DNA from: Acidobacteriota bacterium
GTDB lineage: Bacteria > Acidobacteriota > Thermoanaerobaculia > Gp7-AA8
Direction: 5' to 3'
Assembly: GCA_019244185.1 (NCBI GenBank)
Contig: JAFATB010000002.1
Location: 64,001 to 128,000 of the forward strand
DNA length: 64,000 nt
Shown: piece by piece, positions 37,881 to 48,631 of the stretch
How the letters are laid out: every line of letters begins with the position of its first letter
Position numbering within the stretch: position 1 is the first letter of the stretch
Translations under genes and position numbers: made by a program
Notes under the pieces: model-generated
What the model saw: the letters and a program-made list of their open reading frames with translations, nothing else
Told to the model about the DNA's origin: nothing
Database searches by the model: none

Positions 37881-40061
37881 ATGCGCCGACTCTTCAGTCT
37901 CGTCTCGGCCCTCTTCATCACCGTCTCCGCGTTTGCGGTCGCGCCGCAGTTCTGGCGCGTGCAGGCCGCGGAGGACTTTCTCGGCGGCGAGATGGAAGGC
38001 TTCGCCGTCACCTCGCGCGGCGAGCTGCGTCTCGCGCCCGCGCTGAAGAAGGTCGCCACCTTCACCGATCCCTTCGTCCTGTCGCAGACCGCCGCGCCGA
38101 ACGGCGACCGCTACTTCGGCACCGGCAACGACGGCAAGGTCTATCGCCTGCACGGCGATCAGCTCACGCTCTTCTACACGGCGCCCGAGCCTGAGATCTA
38201 CGCCGTCGCATACACGAACGGCGCGCTCTTCGTCGGCACCTCGCCGAACGGGAAGGTCTACCGCGTCGACGACGCCGGGAAAGGCGCGCCGTTCTACGAT
38301 CCCGCGCAGGCGTACATCTGGGCGCTGCAGCCGCTCGGCAACGGCGAGCTCGCCGTCGCTACCGGCGTCGACGGAAAGCTCTTCCGCGTTTCGGCGACGG
38401 GCCAGGGCACGCTGCTCTACGACGCGCCCGACACGCACATCCGCTCGCTCGCCGTGCGTCCGAACGGCACCATCCTCGCCGGCGCGTCCGGCAAGGGGCG
38501 CATCTACGAGATCGCGCGCGACGGCTCCGCGCACGCGCTGTTCGACTCGCCGCTCAACGAGATCACCTCGCTCTACGTCGACGCGAACGGCACCGGCTGG
38601 GCCGCGGGCGTGAGCAACGTGTTGCCGAGCAGCGCGCCCGCGAAAGGGCAGTCGAAGCAGGGCTCGTCGTCGTCCGGGTCTTCGTCGCAGCAACAGTCGG
38701 GCACGACCGCCGAGACGAAGAAGGAAGAACAGCCGGCCGGCACCGCCGAAGTCACCTTCACCTTCGACGACAGCGGCAACGCCAGTGCAGCGTCCACGGG
38801 CGGTGCGGCGGAGGTCTACCGCATCGATCCCGACGGCTTCGTCGACACCGTACGCAAGTTCGAGCGCGAGATGGTCTACGCCGTCAGCGGCGGGAGCGAC
38901 GGCAGCGTGCTCCTCGCCACGGGACCCAACGGCCGCGTGTACGCATTGAAGGATGGCGAGCTTTCCCTCCTCGGCGCCGTTCCGGAAAAACAGATCGTCT
39001 CCATCGGCGGAACTCCGGCCGTGATCACCACCACGAATTCCGGAGCCGTCTACCGGATGGAAGGCGGCAGCGCCGCGAATGCGGAGTTCCGTTCTGCCGC
39101 CAAAGACGTCGAGCACTTCTCGCGCTTCGGTAACTACCGCATCGAAGGCCGCAACCTCGGCAACGGCGCCGTGGCCATCTCCTTCCGCAGCGGCAACACC
39201 CGCACGCCCGACGCCACGTGGAGCGCCTGGTCGCCCGCGCAGACGACGCTCGACGGCAACGTCCCCGCACCCGCGGGCCGTTACGTGCAGTGGAAGCTCA
39301 ACATGCCCAAGGCGTCGAATGACGCCGCCGTCGACAGCGTGAGTGTCGCCTTCGTCAACCGCAACGTCGCGCCGTCGATCGACGCCATCTCCGTGCAGGA
39401 TCCAGCGGTCGTCTTCATCAGCTCCGCGTATCCCTCCGCGCCGCAGGTCGTCGAGGCGACGAACCCCGACGAGTACGGCATCTTCTCGAGCCTCGACAAC
39501 CCGCGCGACCGCACCAGCGCCGACCCCGGCAAGCGCGTCTACCGCAAGGGCTTCCGCACCATCACCTGGCGCGGCTCCGACGACAACAACGACGCGCTCC
39601 GCTACTCGCTCGCGTTCCGCCGGAAGGGGAGCGACCGCTGGCTGCGCCTGCGCGACAACATGGAAGAGACGCAGCTGAACTTCGACACCTCGCAGCTGCC
39701 CGACGGCCGCTACGAGCTGCGCCTCACCGTCACCGACGCCACCGACAATCCCGATCAGCCGCTCACCGACACGAAGGAAGGCGTCGAGTTCGACGTCGAC
39801 AACACCGCGCCGGTCGTCACCGCGAGCACGAGCGGCGACAAGGTCATCGTGCACGTCACCGACGCGCTCTCGCCGGTCGGCAAGGTCGAGTATTCGGCCG
39901 ACGCGCAGAAGTGGATCCGCCTCACGCCCGACGACGGCATCGCCGACTCGCGCAACGAGACCTACACGCTGCGCCGCGCCGATCTCGAAGGAAAGTTCGT
40001 CGTCGTGCGCGCCACCGACGCCTTCTTCAACGTCGCCACGCAGTCGATTCCTCTCCAGTAA
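37881..40061 (+). CDS. secreted beta-propeller + Ig/FN3-like protein
   Basis: signal peptide; repeated GT..GKVYR blades; SGNT..PD..WS.WS. Confidence 0.75.
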   Translation: MRRLFSLVSALFITVSAFAVAPQFWRVQAAEDFLGGEMEGFAVTSRGELRLAPALKKVATFTDPFVLSQTAAPNGDRYFGTGNDGKVYRLHGDQLTLFYTAPEPEIYAVAYTNGALFVGTSPNGKVYRVDDAGKGAPFYDPAQAYIWALQPLGNGELAVATGVDGKLFRVSATGQGTLLYDAPDTHIRSLAVRPNGTILAGASGKGRIYEIARDGSAHALFDSPLNEITSLYVDANGTGWAAGVSNVLPSSAPAKGQSKQGSSSSGSSSQQQSGTTAETKKEEQPAGTAEVTFTFDDSGNASAASTGGAAEVYRIDPDGFVDTVRKFEREMVYAVSGGSDGSVLLATGPNGRVYALKDGELSLLGAVPEKQIVSIGGTPAVITTTNSGAVYRMEGGSAANAEFRSAAKDVEHFSRFGNYRIEGRNLGNGAVAISFRSGNTRTPDATWSAWSPAQTTLDGNVPAPAGRYVQWKLNMPKASNDAAVDSVSVAFVNRNVAPSIDAISVQDPAVVFISSAYPSAPQVVEATNPDEYGIFSSLDNPRDRTSADPGKRVYRKGFRTITWRGSDDNNDALRYSLAFRRKGSDRWLRLRDNMEETQLNFDTSQLPDGRYELRLTVTDATDNPDQPLTDTKEGVEFDVDNTAPVVTASTSGDKVIVHVTDALSPVGKVEYSADAQKWIRLTPDDGIADSRNETYTLRRADLEGKFVVVRATDAFFNVATQSIPLQ

Positions 40062-40110
40062 GTGTGGAGCGGCGCGTGCGCGCGCCGCTCCTGCTCGTAT
40101 AATCGTGCGC

Positions 40111-41760
40111 GTGAGTCGTCGGATCCTCACGCTCCTTTTCACGATCGTGCTGTGTCTCGCCTGCAGGCGGACCGAGCAACGCGTGCAGACGCCGTTGCCG
40201 CCGGTCGACGACAACCAGCCCGTCGACGGCGGCACGCTGTACCGCCGCCTCGACGTCGACATCGCCAGCTTCAACCCGATCCTCGCCAGCAGCCGCTACG
40301 ACCGCTACGTCCAGGACTATCTCTTCACCTCGCTCATCCGGCTCGATCAGCATCTGCAGCCCGCGCCGGGACTCGCGACGTCGTGGGAGATCTCCGACGA
40401 TGGCCTGCTGTACACGTTTCACCTGAACAAGAAGGCGACGTTCTCCGACCACACGCCCGTGCGCGCCAGCGACGTCGTCTTCACGCTCGCGAAGATCGTC
40501 GATCCGAAGTCGGAAGCCGCGCAGATCGCCGGCGAGTTCGATCAACTCGACCTCTCGAAGACGCGCGCCGTCGACGACAACACCGTCGTCGTCGCGTTCC
40601 GCCAGCCGCTCGCCTCGCAGCTCGATCACTTCTTCGATCTGCTCGTCCTGCCCGAGCACGTCTACGGCAAGGGCGACTTCCGCAACGACTTCCTCGCGCG
40701 CGCGGTCGGCAGCGGCGCGTACGTCGTCGACCACCGCGTCCCCGGACGCGAGGTCGTGGTCACGCGCCGCGCGGACTACTGGGAAGATCCGCCGCACGTG
40801 CAGCGCGTCGTCTTCAAGATCATCAGCGATCACACCACGGCGTGGAACGCGCTGAAACGCGGTGAGCTCGACGAGACCATCGTCGCCTCCGACACGTGGC
40901 TCCGCGAGCACAACAACCCGCTGCTCACGAAGTCGATCGACTTCCAGCGCTTCTACACGCGCAACTACAACTACATCGCCTGGAACGGCCGCGATCCCGT
41001 CGTCAGGGACAAGCGCGTGCGCCGCGCCCTGGCGATGTGCATCCCCATCGACACGGTCATCAACGACATCTACCACGGCACCGCGCGCGCGATGAACGGG
41101 CCGTTCACGCCGGACGAATGGGCGTACAACGCCGCCGTGCCGGTGATCCGCTACGATCCCGAAGGCGCGAAGAAACTGCTCGCCGATGCCGGCTGGAGCG
41201 ACTCGAACGCGGACGGCGTCGTCGATCACAACGGCGCGCCGATGAAGCTGGAGATGATCATCTTCGCCGGCAGCGGCGCGACGTTCCAGTTCGCGCAGCT
41301 CGTGCAGTCCGAGTTCAAGAAGATCGGCGTGCCGCTCACGCTGACCGTGCTCGATGGCGCCGCCGGCATCCAGCGCATCCTCGGCGGCAACTACCAGGCC
41401 GCGTATCTCAGCTGGGACCTCGATCCCGATCCCGATCCGTTCACGCTCTTCCACTCCTCGCAGTTCCCGCCGCGCGGACAGAACTTCGTCTTCTACGCGA
41501 ATCCCGAGGCCGATCGCTTGATCGAGGCGGGGCGGCGGGAGATCGATCAGTCGAAGCGGAAAGACATCTACTACCAGCTCCACGCGTTGCTCGCCGACGA
41601 TCAGCCGTACACGTGGACGGTGCAGAGCTCCGCGAAGTGGGGCATCAACAAGCGCGTGCGCGGCGTCACGACGAGCCCCGGCTACGGCTTGTTCCTGTGG
41701 TATCCGGGGCCGTTCGGCTGGTGGGTCCATCCCGGCGCGCAACCCTCCGCGCGACGCTGA
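40111..41760 (+). CDS. peptide ABC transporter substrate-binding lipoprotein (family 5)
   Basis: lipobox LAC, PGLATSWEISDDGLLYTFHL, DVVFT. Confidence 0.92.
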   Translation: MSRRILTLLFTIVLCLACRRTEQRVQTPLPPVDDNQPVDGGTLYRRLDVDIASFNPILASSRYDRYVQDYLFTSLIRLDQHLQPAPGLATSWEISDDGLLYTFHLNKKATFSDHTPVRASDVVFTLAKIVDPKSEAAQIAGEFDQLDLSKTRAVDDNTVVVAFRQPLASQLDHFFDLLVLPEHVYGKGDFRNDFLARAVGSGAYVVDHRVPGREVVVTRRADYWEDPPHVQRVVFKIISDHTTAWNALKRGELDETIVASDTWLREHNNPLLTKSIDFQRFYTRNYNYIAWNGRDPVVRDKRVRRALAMCIPIDTVINDIYHGTARAMNGPFTPDEWAYNAAVPVIRYDPEGAKKLLADAGWSDSNADGVVDHNGAPMKLEMIIFAGSGATFQFAQLVQSEFKKIGVPLTLTVLDGAAGIQRILGGNYQAAYLSWDLDPDPDPFTLFHSSQFPPRGQNFVFYANPEADRLIEAGRREIDQSKRKDIYYQLHALLADDQPYTWTVQSSAKWGINKRVRGVTTSPGYGLFLWYPGPFGWWVHPGAQPSARR

Positions 41761-41769
41761 GCGCCCGCC

Positions 41770-42762
41770 ATGCGCGCGTACCTCGTCCGCCGCCTCCTGT
41801 ACGCGCTGCTCACCTTCGTCGGCATCACCATCGCGACCTTCACGCTGATCCACAGCGTGCCCGGCGATCCGGTCACGTTCTACGTCGGACGCGTGAACGT
41901 CGGTTCGCTCTCCGCGCAGACGCTCGCCGCGATCCGCCACGAGTTCCATCTCGACGAGCCGCTGCCGCGGCAGTATCTGCGGTGGCTGCGCGGCGCGGTC
42001 ACGCTCGACTTCGGACGCTCGATCCAGGACCGCCGCCCCGTGCGCGAGCGCATCCTCGAGAAGTTGCCGAACACCTTCGAGCTCAACTTCCTCGCGTTCC
42101 TGCTCGCCGCGGGACTCGGCATTCCGATCGGTTTGTGGAGCGCCGCGCACTCGGGCCGGCTCGCCGAGCGCGCATCGGCGGTCGGTTTCTTCCTCATCTA
42201 CTCGCTGCCGAGCTTCTGGGTCGCGCTGCTGCTCATCGAATGCTTCGCCGTCCGCTACGAGATCCTGCCGCTCCTCGGCCGCGTCTCCGACGACTACTTC
42301 GAGCTGAGCGCGTCCGCGCAGCTCGCCGATCGCATGCGCCATCTCGTGCTGCCGGTGCTGACGCTCGCGTACGCGCAGCTCGCGATCTTCGCGCGCTTCT
42401 CGAAGTCGGCGCTCACGGAAGTCATCCGCCAGGACTTCATCACCGCCGCGCGCGCGAAAGGCGCCGGCACCGCGGCCGTGCTGTGGCACCACGCGCTGCG
42501 CAACGCGCTCATCCCGCTCATCACGCTTCTCGGCATCACCATTCCGTATCTGCTCTCCGGCAGCGTCATCGTCGAGCAGATCTTTCAGTGGGACGGCATC
42601 GGGCTGCTCTACTACGACTCGATCCTCATGCGCGACTATCCGACGGTCATGGGGCTCACCGTGATGACGGCGATCGTCACGCTCTTCGCGAGCCTCTTCG
42701 CCGATGTGCTCTACGCATTCGCCGATCCGCGCGTGCGGCTGGGGGAGGAGGCGATGCCGTGA
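41770..42762 (+). CDS. peptide ABC permease (OppB/DppB)
   Basis: YLVRRL, PGDP, ARAKG, HALRNAL, DPRVR. Confidence 0.92.
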   Translation: MRAYLVRRLLYALLTFVGITIATFTLIHSVPGDPVTFYVGRVNVGSLSAQTLAAIRHEFHLDEPLPRQYLRWLRGAVTLDFGRSIQDRRPVRERILEKLPNTFELNFLAFLLAAGLGIPIGLWSAAHSGRLAERASAVGFFLIYSLPSFWVALLLIECFAVRYEILPLLGRVSDDYFELSASAQLADRMRHLVLPVLTLAYAQLAIFARFSKSALTEVIRQDFITAARAKGAGTAAVLWHHALRNALIPLITLLGITIPYLLSGSVIVEQIFQWDGIGLLYYDSILMRDYPTVMGLTVMTAIVTLFASLFADVLYAFADPRVRLGEEAMP

Positions 42763-43709
42763 TGTGGCGCCGCTTCCGCCGCAGCCGGCTCGCGCTGACG
42801 GCGCTCGCGTACATCGCGTTCATGACCTTCGTCGCCGCGCTCGCGCCGCTGCTCGCGAACCGCAAGCCGCTCCTCGCGCACGGCCCGTCCGGCTGGAGCT
42901 TCCCCGCGTTCGCGGATTACGTCACCGCCGATCCCGACATCGACCTGCCGCCGCGCGTGGAGACGTTCGCGCTGCGCGCGCCGATCCCGTATTCGCCGAA
43001 CTCGGTCGATCTGCCGTCGCGACTCGACGCGCCCGACCGCGCCCACTTCTTCGGCACCGACGACCTCGGGCGCGACATCCTCGCGCGCATGATTCACGGC
43101 GCGCGCGTGTCGCTCACCGTCGGCTTCTTCGCCACGCTCATCGCGGTGATCGTCGGCTCGTTGCTCGGCGCGGTGGCGGGCTACTACGGCGGCTTCGCCG
43201 ACTGGCTGGTCTCGCGCACGATCGAGCTCGTGCTCTGCTTCCCGTTCCTCTTTCTCGTCCTCGGCATCGTCGCGCTCTTCAAGCCGTCGCTCTACACGAT
43301 CATGATCGCGCTCGGGCTGACGTCGTGGACGCACGAGGCGCGCTACGTGCGCGGTGAGTTCCTGCGCATCCGCGACATCGACTTCGCGCAGGCCGCGCGC
43401 GCGAGCGGCGCACGCGACGCGCGCATCATCTTCCGTCATCTCCTGCCCAACGCGCTCGCGCCGGTGCTCGTCTCCGCAAGCTTCGGCGTCGCCGCCGCGA
43501 TCCTCACCGAATCCGCGCTCTCGTTTCTCGGACTCGGCGTGCCGCTGCCGACCGCGTCGTGGGGGAGCATCCTCTCCGCCGCGCACGAGCACATCGACGA
43601 CGCGTGGTGGCTCGTGCTCTTCCCGGGACTGGCGATCTTCACGACGGTCGCGTCGTTCAATCTGGTGGGGGAGCGGTTTCGCGACGCGCTGGATCCGCGC
43701 AGCGAGTGA
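42762..43709 (+). CDS. peptide ABC permease (OppC/DppC)
   Basis: FGTDDLGRD, ARASGA, RHLLPN, DALDPR. Confidence 0.92.
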   Translation: MWRRFRRSRLALTALAYIAFMTFVAALAPLLANRKPLLAHGPSGWSFPAFADYVTADPDIDLPPRVETFALRAPIPYSPNSVDLPSRLDAPDRAHFFGTDDLGRDILARMIHGARVSLTVGFFATLIAVIVGSLLGAVAGYYGGFADWLVSRTIELVLCFPFLFLVLGIVALFKPSLYTIMIALGLTSWTHEARYVRGEFLRIRDIDFAQAARASGARDARIIFRHLLPNALAPVLVSASFGVAAAILTESALSFLGLGVPLPTASWGSILSAAHEHIDDAWWLVLFPGLAIFTTVASFNLVGERFRDALDPRSE

Positions 43710-43727
43710 GCCCGCGCAGCGATCGAA

Positions 43728-44252
<525 letters not shown>

Positions 44253-44260
44253 TCAACGTC

Positions 44261-44289
44261 TTGACGATCGCGCGCGCCGAACCTATCAT
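44261..44289 (+). promoter_or_regulatory. sigma70-type promoter for the TPR gene
   Basis: TTGACG-N17-TATCAT. Confidence 0.6.
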
Positions 44290-44356
44290 GCAGACAATTC
44301 GAGTTGCGCCAGTTGATACGGCAGCCAGTGGTGAACGGGGTTAACGGGAGGGTGTG

Positions 44357-44806
44357 ATGCGGCAGCGAATACCGGTGAAACGCTCGAATGCGGCGCCCGA
44401 GCCCGCGCGGACGCAAACGCGAACGCAGAACCCGGCGAACAACATCCAGGCCGCGACCACCAACATGAAGGGGCGCCTCCTCTCCACGCTGCGCACCGTC
44501 CTTCCCGGGGCGTGGATCGTTCCGCGCGACAACGAGCTGATCACGCTCTACCGCCTGCGCTACAAGATGGCGATGGAAGACGAGAAGTACGACATCGCCA
44601 TGATCTTCCTCAACAAGATCCTCGAGCTCGATCCGATGAACCTCGAGGCCAAGCTGTGCAAGGGCGACATCTACCACCGCTGCCTGCACGACTACCCGAA
44701 GGCGATCGAGCACTACAACAAAGTCATCCGCCTCTCGACGCAGGACGACACGGTGCACACCCGCGCCCGCGCCGCGATGTCGGAGATCATGGAGATGCTT
44801 TCGTGA
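44357..44806 (+). CDS. TPR-repeat protein
   Basis: A..FLNKILELDP.N.EA..CKG.IY...DY.KAIEHY; GGGAGG SD. Confidence 0.8.
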   Translation: MRQRIPVKRSNAAPEPARTQTRTQNPANNIQAATTNMKGRLLSTLRTVLPGAWIVPRDNELITLYRLRYKMAMEDEKYDIAMIFLNKILELDPMNLEAKLCKGDIYHRCLHDYPKAIEHYNKVIRLSTQDDTVHTRARAAMSEIMEMLS

Positions 44807-44873
44807 ACGATGAACGATGAACCGGGCGCCGCGAGCCGGCGTTCATCGTTCATCGTTCAGCTCTCATCGTTCC
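44804..44873. repeat. heptamer-based inverted repeat between convergent genes
   Basis: TGAACGA TGAACGA TGAAC ... GTTCA TCGTTCA TCGTTCA. Confidence 0.85.
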
Positions 44874-45123
44874 CTTCGCTCTCCAGCACGTTGTACGCGC
44901 GCACCAGCTCGACGCGAAACCGCAATTGCTCGTCGTACTCCTCATCCGACCGCGCGAGCCGCAACTGCACGGCGAGCTTCGCCGCCGCGCGCCGCGCATC
45001 GCCGTGCGTGGGAAACGTCATCACCGCGGCGCGGTCGGGCTTCGTCAGAAATCGCGCGATGACCTTGCGCCCTTCGACGCGCACGAGCCGCCGCAGGAAC
45101 AGCGAGCTGCGGCGCTGACTCAC
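44857..45123 (-). CDS. small hypothetical protein
   Basis: 88-aa ORF with GTGA overlap on the ispB stop. Confidence 0.55.
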   Translation of the reverse strand: MSQRRSSLFLRRLVRVEGRKVIARFLTKPDRAAVMTFPTHGDARRAAAKLAVQLRLARSDEEYDEQLRFRVELVRAYNVLESEGNDES

Positions 45124-46127
45124 CGGTCGCGCTCGAGCACGAAGTCGAGGGCCAGCTCCAGCGTCTCTTTGGCGGCCGACGCGCCGAACGGCTCGAGTGC
45201 GATGCGCGCGCGATGCGCGTAGTCGCGCGCGATCTCCCGCGTCTGCTCGATCGTGTCGTAGCGCTCGGCGATCGCCAGCACCTCGGCGGGATCGAGTCCG
45301 TCGAACGACTTCCGCGCCGCGACGCGCGCGATGAGCTCGCGCTCGCGCGCGCTCGCATGCGGCGCCGCCAGGATCAGCGGCAGCGTGACTTTCCCTTCCT
45401 TGAGATCCGACAGCGCCGGCTTGCCGAGGACTTCCGTGCTCGACGTGAAGTCGAGGAGATCATCGATCAGCTGGAAGGTGATGCCGAGGTTGTAGCCGTA
45501 GTTGAAGAGCGCGGCCGCCTGCGACTCCGGCAGTTCGACGAGATACGCGGGGATCCGGCACGTCGCGCCGAAGAGCGCCGCGGTCTTGCGCGAGACGATC
45601 GAGAAGTAATCTTCAATCGAGAGATCGGTGCGACCGTTCTGTTCCGTGCCGAGGATCTCGCCTTCGATCATCTTGATCGTGGCGTCGGAGAGCAGGCGGA
45701 GGATGTCGAGATTCCCCTCGCCGAGCGCCATGTGCATCGAGTGCATGAAGATGTAGTCGCCGACGAGCACGGTGAGGTTGTTGCCCCAGCCGTAGTTGAC
45801 GGACGTTCTGCCGCGGCGCACGTCCGCTTCATCGATGATGTCGTCGTGGATCAGCGTGGCGGTGTGGATGAACTCCACGACCGCGCCGTACACGATGTCG
45901 CGGCGCCCCTCGTAGCGGAGCATCTTCGAGACGAGCAGCAGCAGGGCAGGGCGGAGGCGCTTGCCGCCGCCGCCGAGAATGTGCTCGCCGACGTCGCGGA
46001 TGGTCGCGATTTTCGAGAAGAAATTACGGCGCAGCTCTTCCTCGACCAGCTCGAGCTTCGGCGCGATGAGATCGAGAATCCGATCCGCATAAGCCGTCTG
46101 CCCGTTCAGCGTGCGAGGACCTGTCAC
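45120..46127 (-). CDS. ispB: polyprenyl (octaprenyl-type) diphosphate synthase
   Basis: GGKRLRP, HDDIID...RRG, FQLIDDLLD. Confidence 0.92.
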   Translation of the reverse strand: MTGPRTLNGQTAYADRILDLIAPKLELVEEELRRNFFSKIATIRDVGEHILGGGGKRLRPALLLLVSKMLRYEGRRDIVYGAVVEFIHTATLIHDDIIDEADVRRGRTSVNYGWGNNLTVLVGDYIFMHSMHMALGEGNLDILRLLSDATIKMIEGEILGTEQNGRTDLSIEDYFSIVSRKTAALFGATCRIPAYLVELPESQAAALFNYGYNLGITFQLIDDLLDFTSSTEVLGKPALSDLKEGKVTLPLILAAPHASARERELIARVAARKSFDGLDPAEVLAIAERYDTIEQTREIARDYAHRARIALEPFGASAAKETLELALDFVLERDR

Positions 46128-46160
46128 GGGACGAAGGATAGTCGATCGGACAGCATGCGC

Positions 46161-46655
46161 TCAACCGCGGTAGTTCGTGAACTGGAGCGGGATTCCGTAA
46201 TCGTTTTCCCGCACCAGCGCGATGGCCTTCTGCAGGTCGTCCTTGCTCCGTCCGACCACGCGCACCTGGTCGGACTGAATCGACGCCTGCACCTTCACCT
46301 TCGCGTCCTTGAGCGTCTTCACGATCGCTTTCGCCTTCTCGCTCTCGATGCCCTGCACGATCTTCGCGCGCTGGCGCACGGTGCCCATCGCCGCCGCCTC
46401 GATCTTGCCGTAGTCGAGCGACTTGAGCGCGACCTTCCGCTTCACGAGCTTGCTCTCGAGGATGTCGATGACGCTGCGCAGCTTCCCCTCGTCGTCGCTG
46501 GCGACGACCAGCTCTTCGCCGGTGAGCTCGATCGAGCTCTTGCTGCCTTTGAAGTCGAAGCGCTGCGCGAGCTCCTTCTGCGCCTGCTGCACCGCGTTCG
46601 CGACTTCCTGCATGTCCGTTTTCGAGACGACGTCGAACGAAAACTCCTGCGCCAT
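46161..46655 (-). CDS. yajQ: YajQ family cyclic di-GMP/nucleotide-binding protein
   Basis: SFDVVS, RFDFKGS, LQFTNYR. Confidence 0.95.
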   Translation of the reverse strand: MAQEFSFDVVSKTDMQEVANAVQQAQKELAQRFDFKGSKSSIELTGEELVVASDDEGKLRSVIDILESKLVKRKVALKSLDYGKIEAAAMGTVRQRAKIVQGIESEKAKAIVKTLKDAKVKVQASIQSDQVRVVGRSKDDLQKAIALVRENDYGIPLQFTNYRG

Positions 46656-46664
46656 GACCTTCCT

Positions 46665-47276
46665 CTAATCCGCGCGAATGACCTGCACGCCGGCAGGAGG
46701 ATCGAAGCGAAACAGCTCGGCCGGCGCGGCGCGGCGATGATATCCCGAGAAGTCGAACGACGTCTGGTTGCCCTCGCGGTCGGTGTACTCGATGCGCGAG
46801 ATGAGATGCGTCGACGGCGCGATCGTCACCGTCACGCTGCGCACGAGCGCGTTCGCATCGCGCGGCTGCAGCGTCGTCACGACGGAACCTCCGCGCGACT
46901 GCTCGCGCACGGCGAACGCGCGGTCGCGCGCGGCCGCATCGCCGAGCACGAGGAACGGCAGCTCGCGCCGCCGCGCTTCCGTCAGGCGTCCGACGGTGAC
47001 CTGCTTGTCGGCCGGCACGTAGAACCACGAGCTCGTGCCGTCGAAGACGAACAGCTTCTCCTCCGGACGTGCGTACGACCAGCGCATCATCGGCAGCGCG
47101 CCGAAGACGACCGAGCCGCTTTCGACCTGCGCGGTCTTGAAGCCTTTGGCGGTGAAGCGATGCGTGAAGCCCGCCTCCATGCCCGACATCGCCGTGGCGG
47201 CGCGGTCGAGCTCGAGCGGAGCAGCGGTGAGCGTCGTTGCGAAGACAGCTGCAGCGACGAAGGAAAGGATTCGCAA
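46665..47276 (-). CDS. lolA: outer membrane lipoprotein carrier LolA
   Basis: signal peptide, MRWSY..P, FDG, FRFDPPAGV. Confidence 0.85.
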   Translation of the reverse strand: MRILSFVAAAVFATTLTAAPLELDRAATAMSGMEAGFTHRFTAKGFKTAQVESGSVVFGALPMMRWSYARPEEKLFVFDGTSSWFYVPADKQVTVGRLTEARRRELPFLVLGDAAARDRAFAVREQSRGGSVVTTLQPRDANALVRSVTVTIAPSTHLISRIEYTDREGNQTSFDFSGYHRRAAPAELFRFDPPAGVQVIRAD

Positions 47277-47294
47277 GCGTGACCTCCTGTGGTC

Positions 47295-47651
47295 TTACAT
47301 CTTCTCGACTTCGATCGAGACGATGGCGGAGTTCACAACGAAGATCCGGTCGTTTTTGCTCCGGTCCTCGGGATAGAGGAAAAAGCCGTTGCGTTCCGGG
47401 TTGTACTGCGCGGTGCCCCGGATGATCTCGCCATCGTTGAACTCGATGGCAATCTGCATGCCGCTGGCGGCCTCGGCTTCCCCGTCGCCGGCGCGCGGAA
47501 AGAACACCGCCTTCAGCTGCGTGAACGGCACCTCGGCCGTTCCGCCGTCGTCGTAGTGCGCGAGCAGCACTTCGGTCGACGGATCGATCGGCGCCAGCGT
47601 CGCGCGTTCCGTGCGGCCGTCGCGGTAGCGAAGAACGACTTTGTCATCCAT
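47295..47651 (-). CDS. hypothetical protein (DUF6982-like)
   Basis: KVVLRYRDG, LKAVFF, F.DGE...G, GFFLYP. Confidence 0.65.
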   Translation of the reverse strand: MDDKVVLRYRDGRTERATLAPIDPSTEVLLAHYDDGGTAEVPFTQLKAVFFPRAGDGEAEAASGMQIAIEFNDGEIIRGTAQYNPERNGFFLYPEDRSKNDRIFVVNSAIVSIEVEKM

Positions 47652-47653
47652 TT

Positions 47654-48631
47654 TCAGAAGAGCTCGAGACCCCACAAGTCGTGGATGTGAATGATACCTT
47701 CGACGCGCCGCGCCTCATCCACGATGAAGAGCGAGGTGATCTTCCGCTGTTCCATCACCTGAAGCGCGGCCGATGCCAGCTCGCCCGCCGCGATCGTCAG
47801 CGGATCGTGCTTGAGCGAGTCGCCCGCCGTGCGGCGCAGCACCTCTTCGTCCTCCTGCAACAATCGCCGCAGGTCGCCGTCGGAGATCACGCCTTCGAGC
47901 GCGCCGTGCTCATCGACCACCGCGGTGATGCCGAAGCCCTTCTTCGACATCTCGTAGATGACGTCATGCATGCTCGCGTTCGCGCGCACGACCGGCACGT
48001 CGTCGCCGCGATGCATGAGGTCCTGCACGCGCAGGAAGCGCTTTCCGAGCTTGCCGCCCGGATGCAGGAACGCGAAGTCTTCTTCGCGGAAGCCGCGCCG
48101 CAGCAGCAGCGCCATCGCCAGCGCGTCCCCGAGGGCGAGCGTCGCCGTCGTCGACGCGGTCGGCGCGAGCCCGAGCGGACACGCTTCCTGTGAGATCGCG
48201 GCGGACAGATGATGATCGGCGCCGCGCGCGAGCGTCGACTGCGGATTGCCGGTGATCGCGATCATCGGCGCGCCGACGCGCTTGATGCTCGGCAGCACGC
48301 GAATGAGCTCCTCGGTTTCGCCGGAGTTCGAGATCGCGAGCACGACGTCGCCGCGCACGAGCATGCCGAGGTCGCCGTGAATGGCTTCCGTTGGATGCAT
48401 GAAGAACGACGGCGTGCCGGTGGACGCGAGCGTCGCGCTGACCTTCTTGCAGATGATGCCCGACTTGCCGACGCCCATCGTCACGACGCGGCCCGTGCAC
48501 GTGGCGACGCGCTCGACCGCGTCGATGAACGCCTGGTCGAGATGCTCGATGATGCCGAGGATCGCCGCGGCTTCGACTTCGAGCACGCGCCGCGCTTCGA
48601 CGATCGCGGGATGCGACGCAAGCTCCGTCAC
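47654..48631 (-). CDS. kdsD: arabinose-5-phosphate isomerase (KpsF/GutQ; SIS + CBS)
   Basis: GVGKSG, HGDLG, EACPLGLAPTAST, HPGGKLG. Confidence 0.94.
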   Translation of the reverse strand: MTELASHPAIVEARRVLEVEAAAILGIIEHLDQAFIDAVERVATCTGRVVTMGVGKSGIICKKVSATLASTGTPSFFMHPTEAIHGDLGMLVRGDVVLAISNSGETEELIRVLPSIKRVGAPMIAITGNPQSTLARGADHHLSAAISQEACPLGLAPTASTTATLALGDALAMALLLRRGFREEDFAFLHPGGKLGKRFLRVQDLMHRGDDVPVVRANASMHDVIYEMSKKGFGITAVVDEHGALEGVISDGDLRRLLQEDEEVLRRTAGDSLKHDPLTIAAGELASAALQVMEQRKITSLFIVDEARRVEGIIHIHDLWGLELF

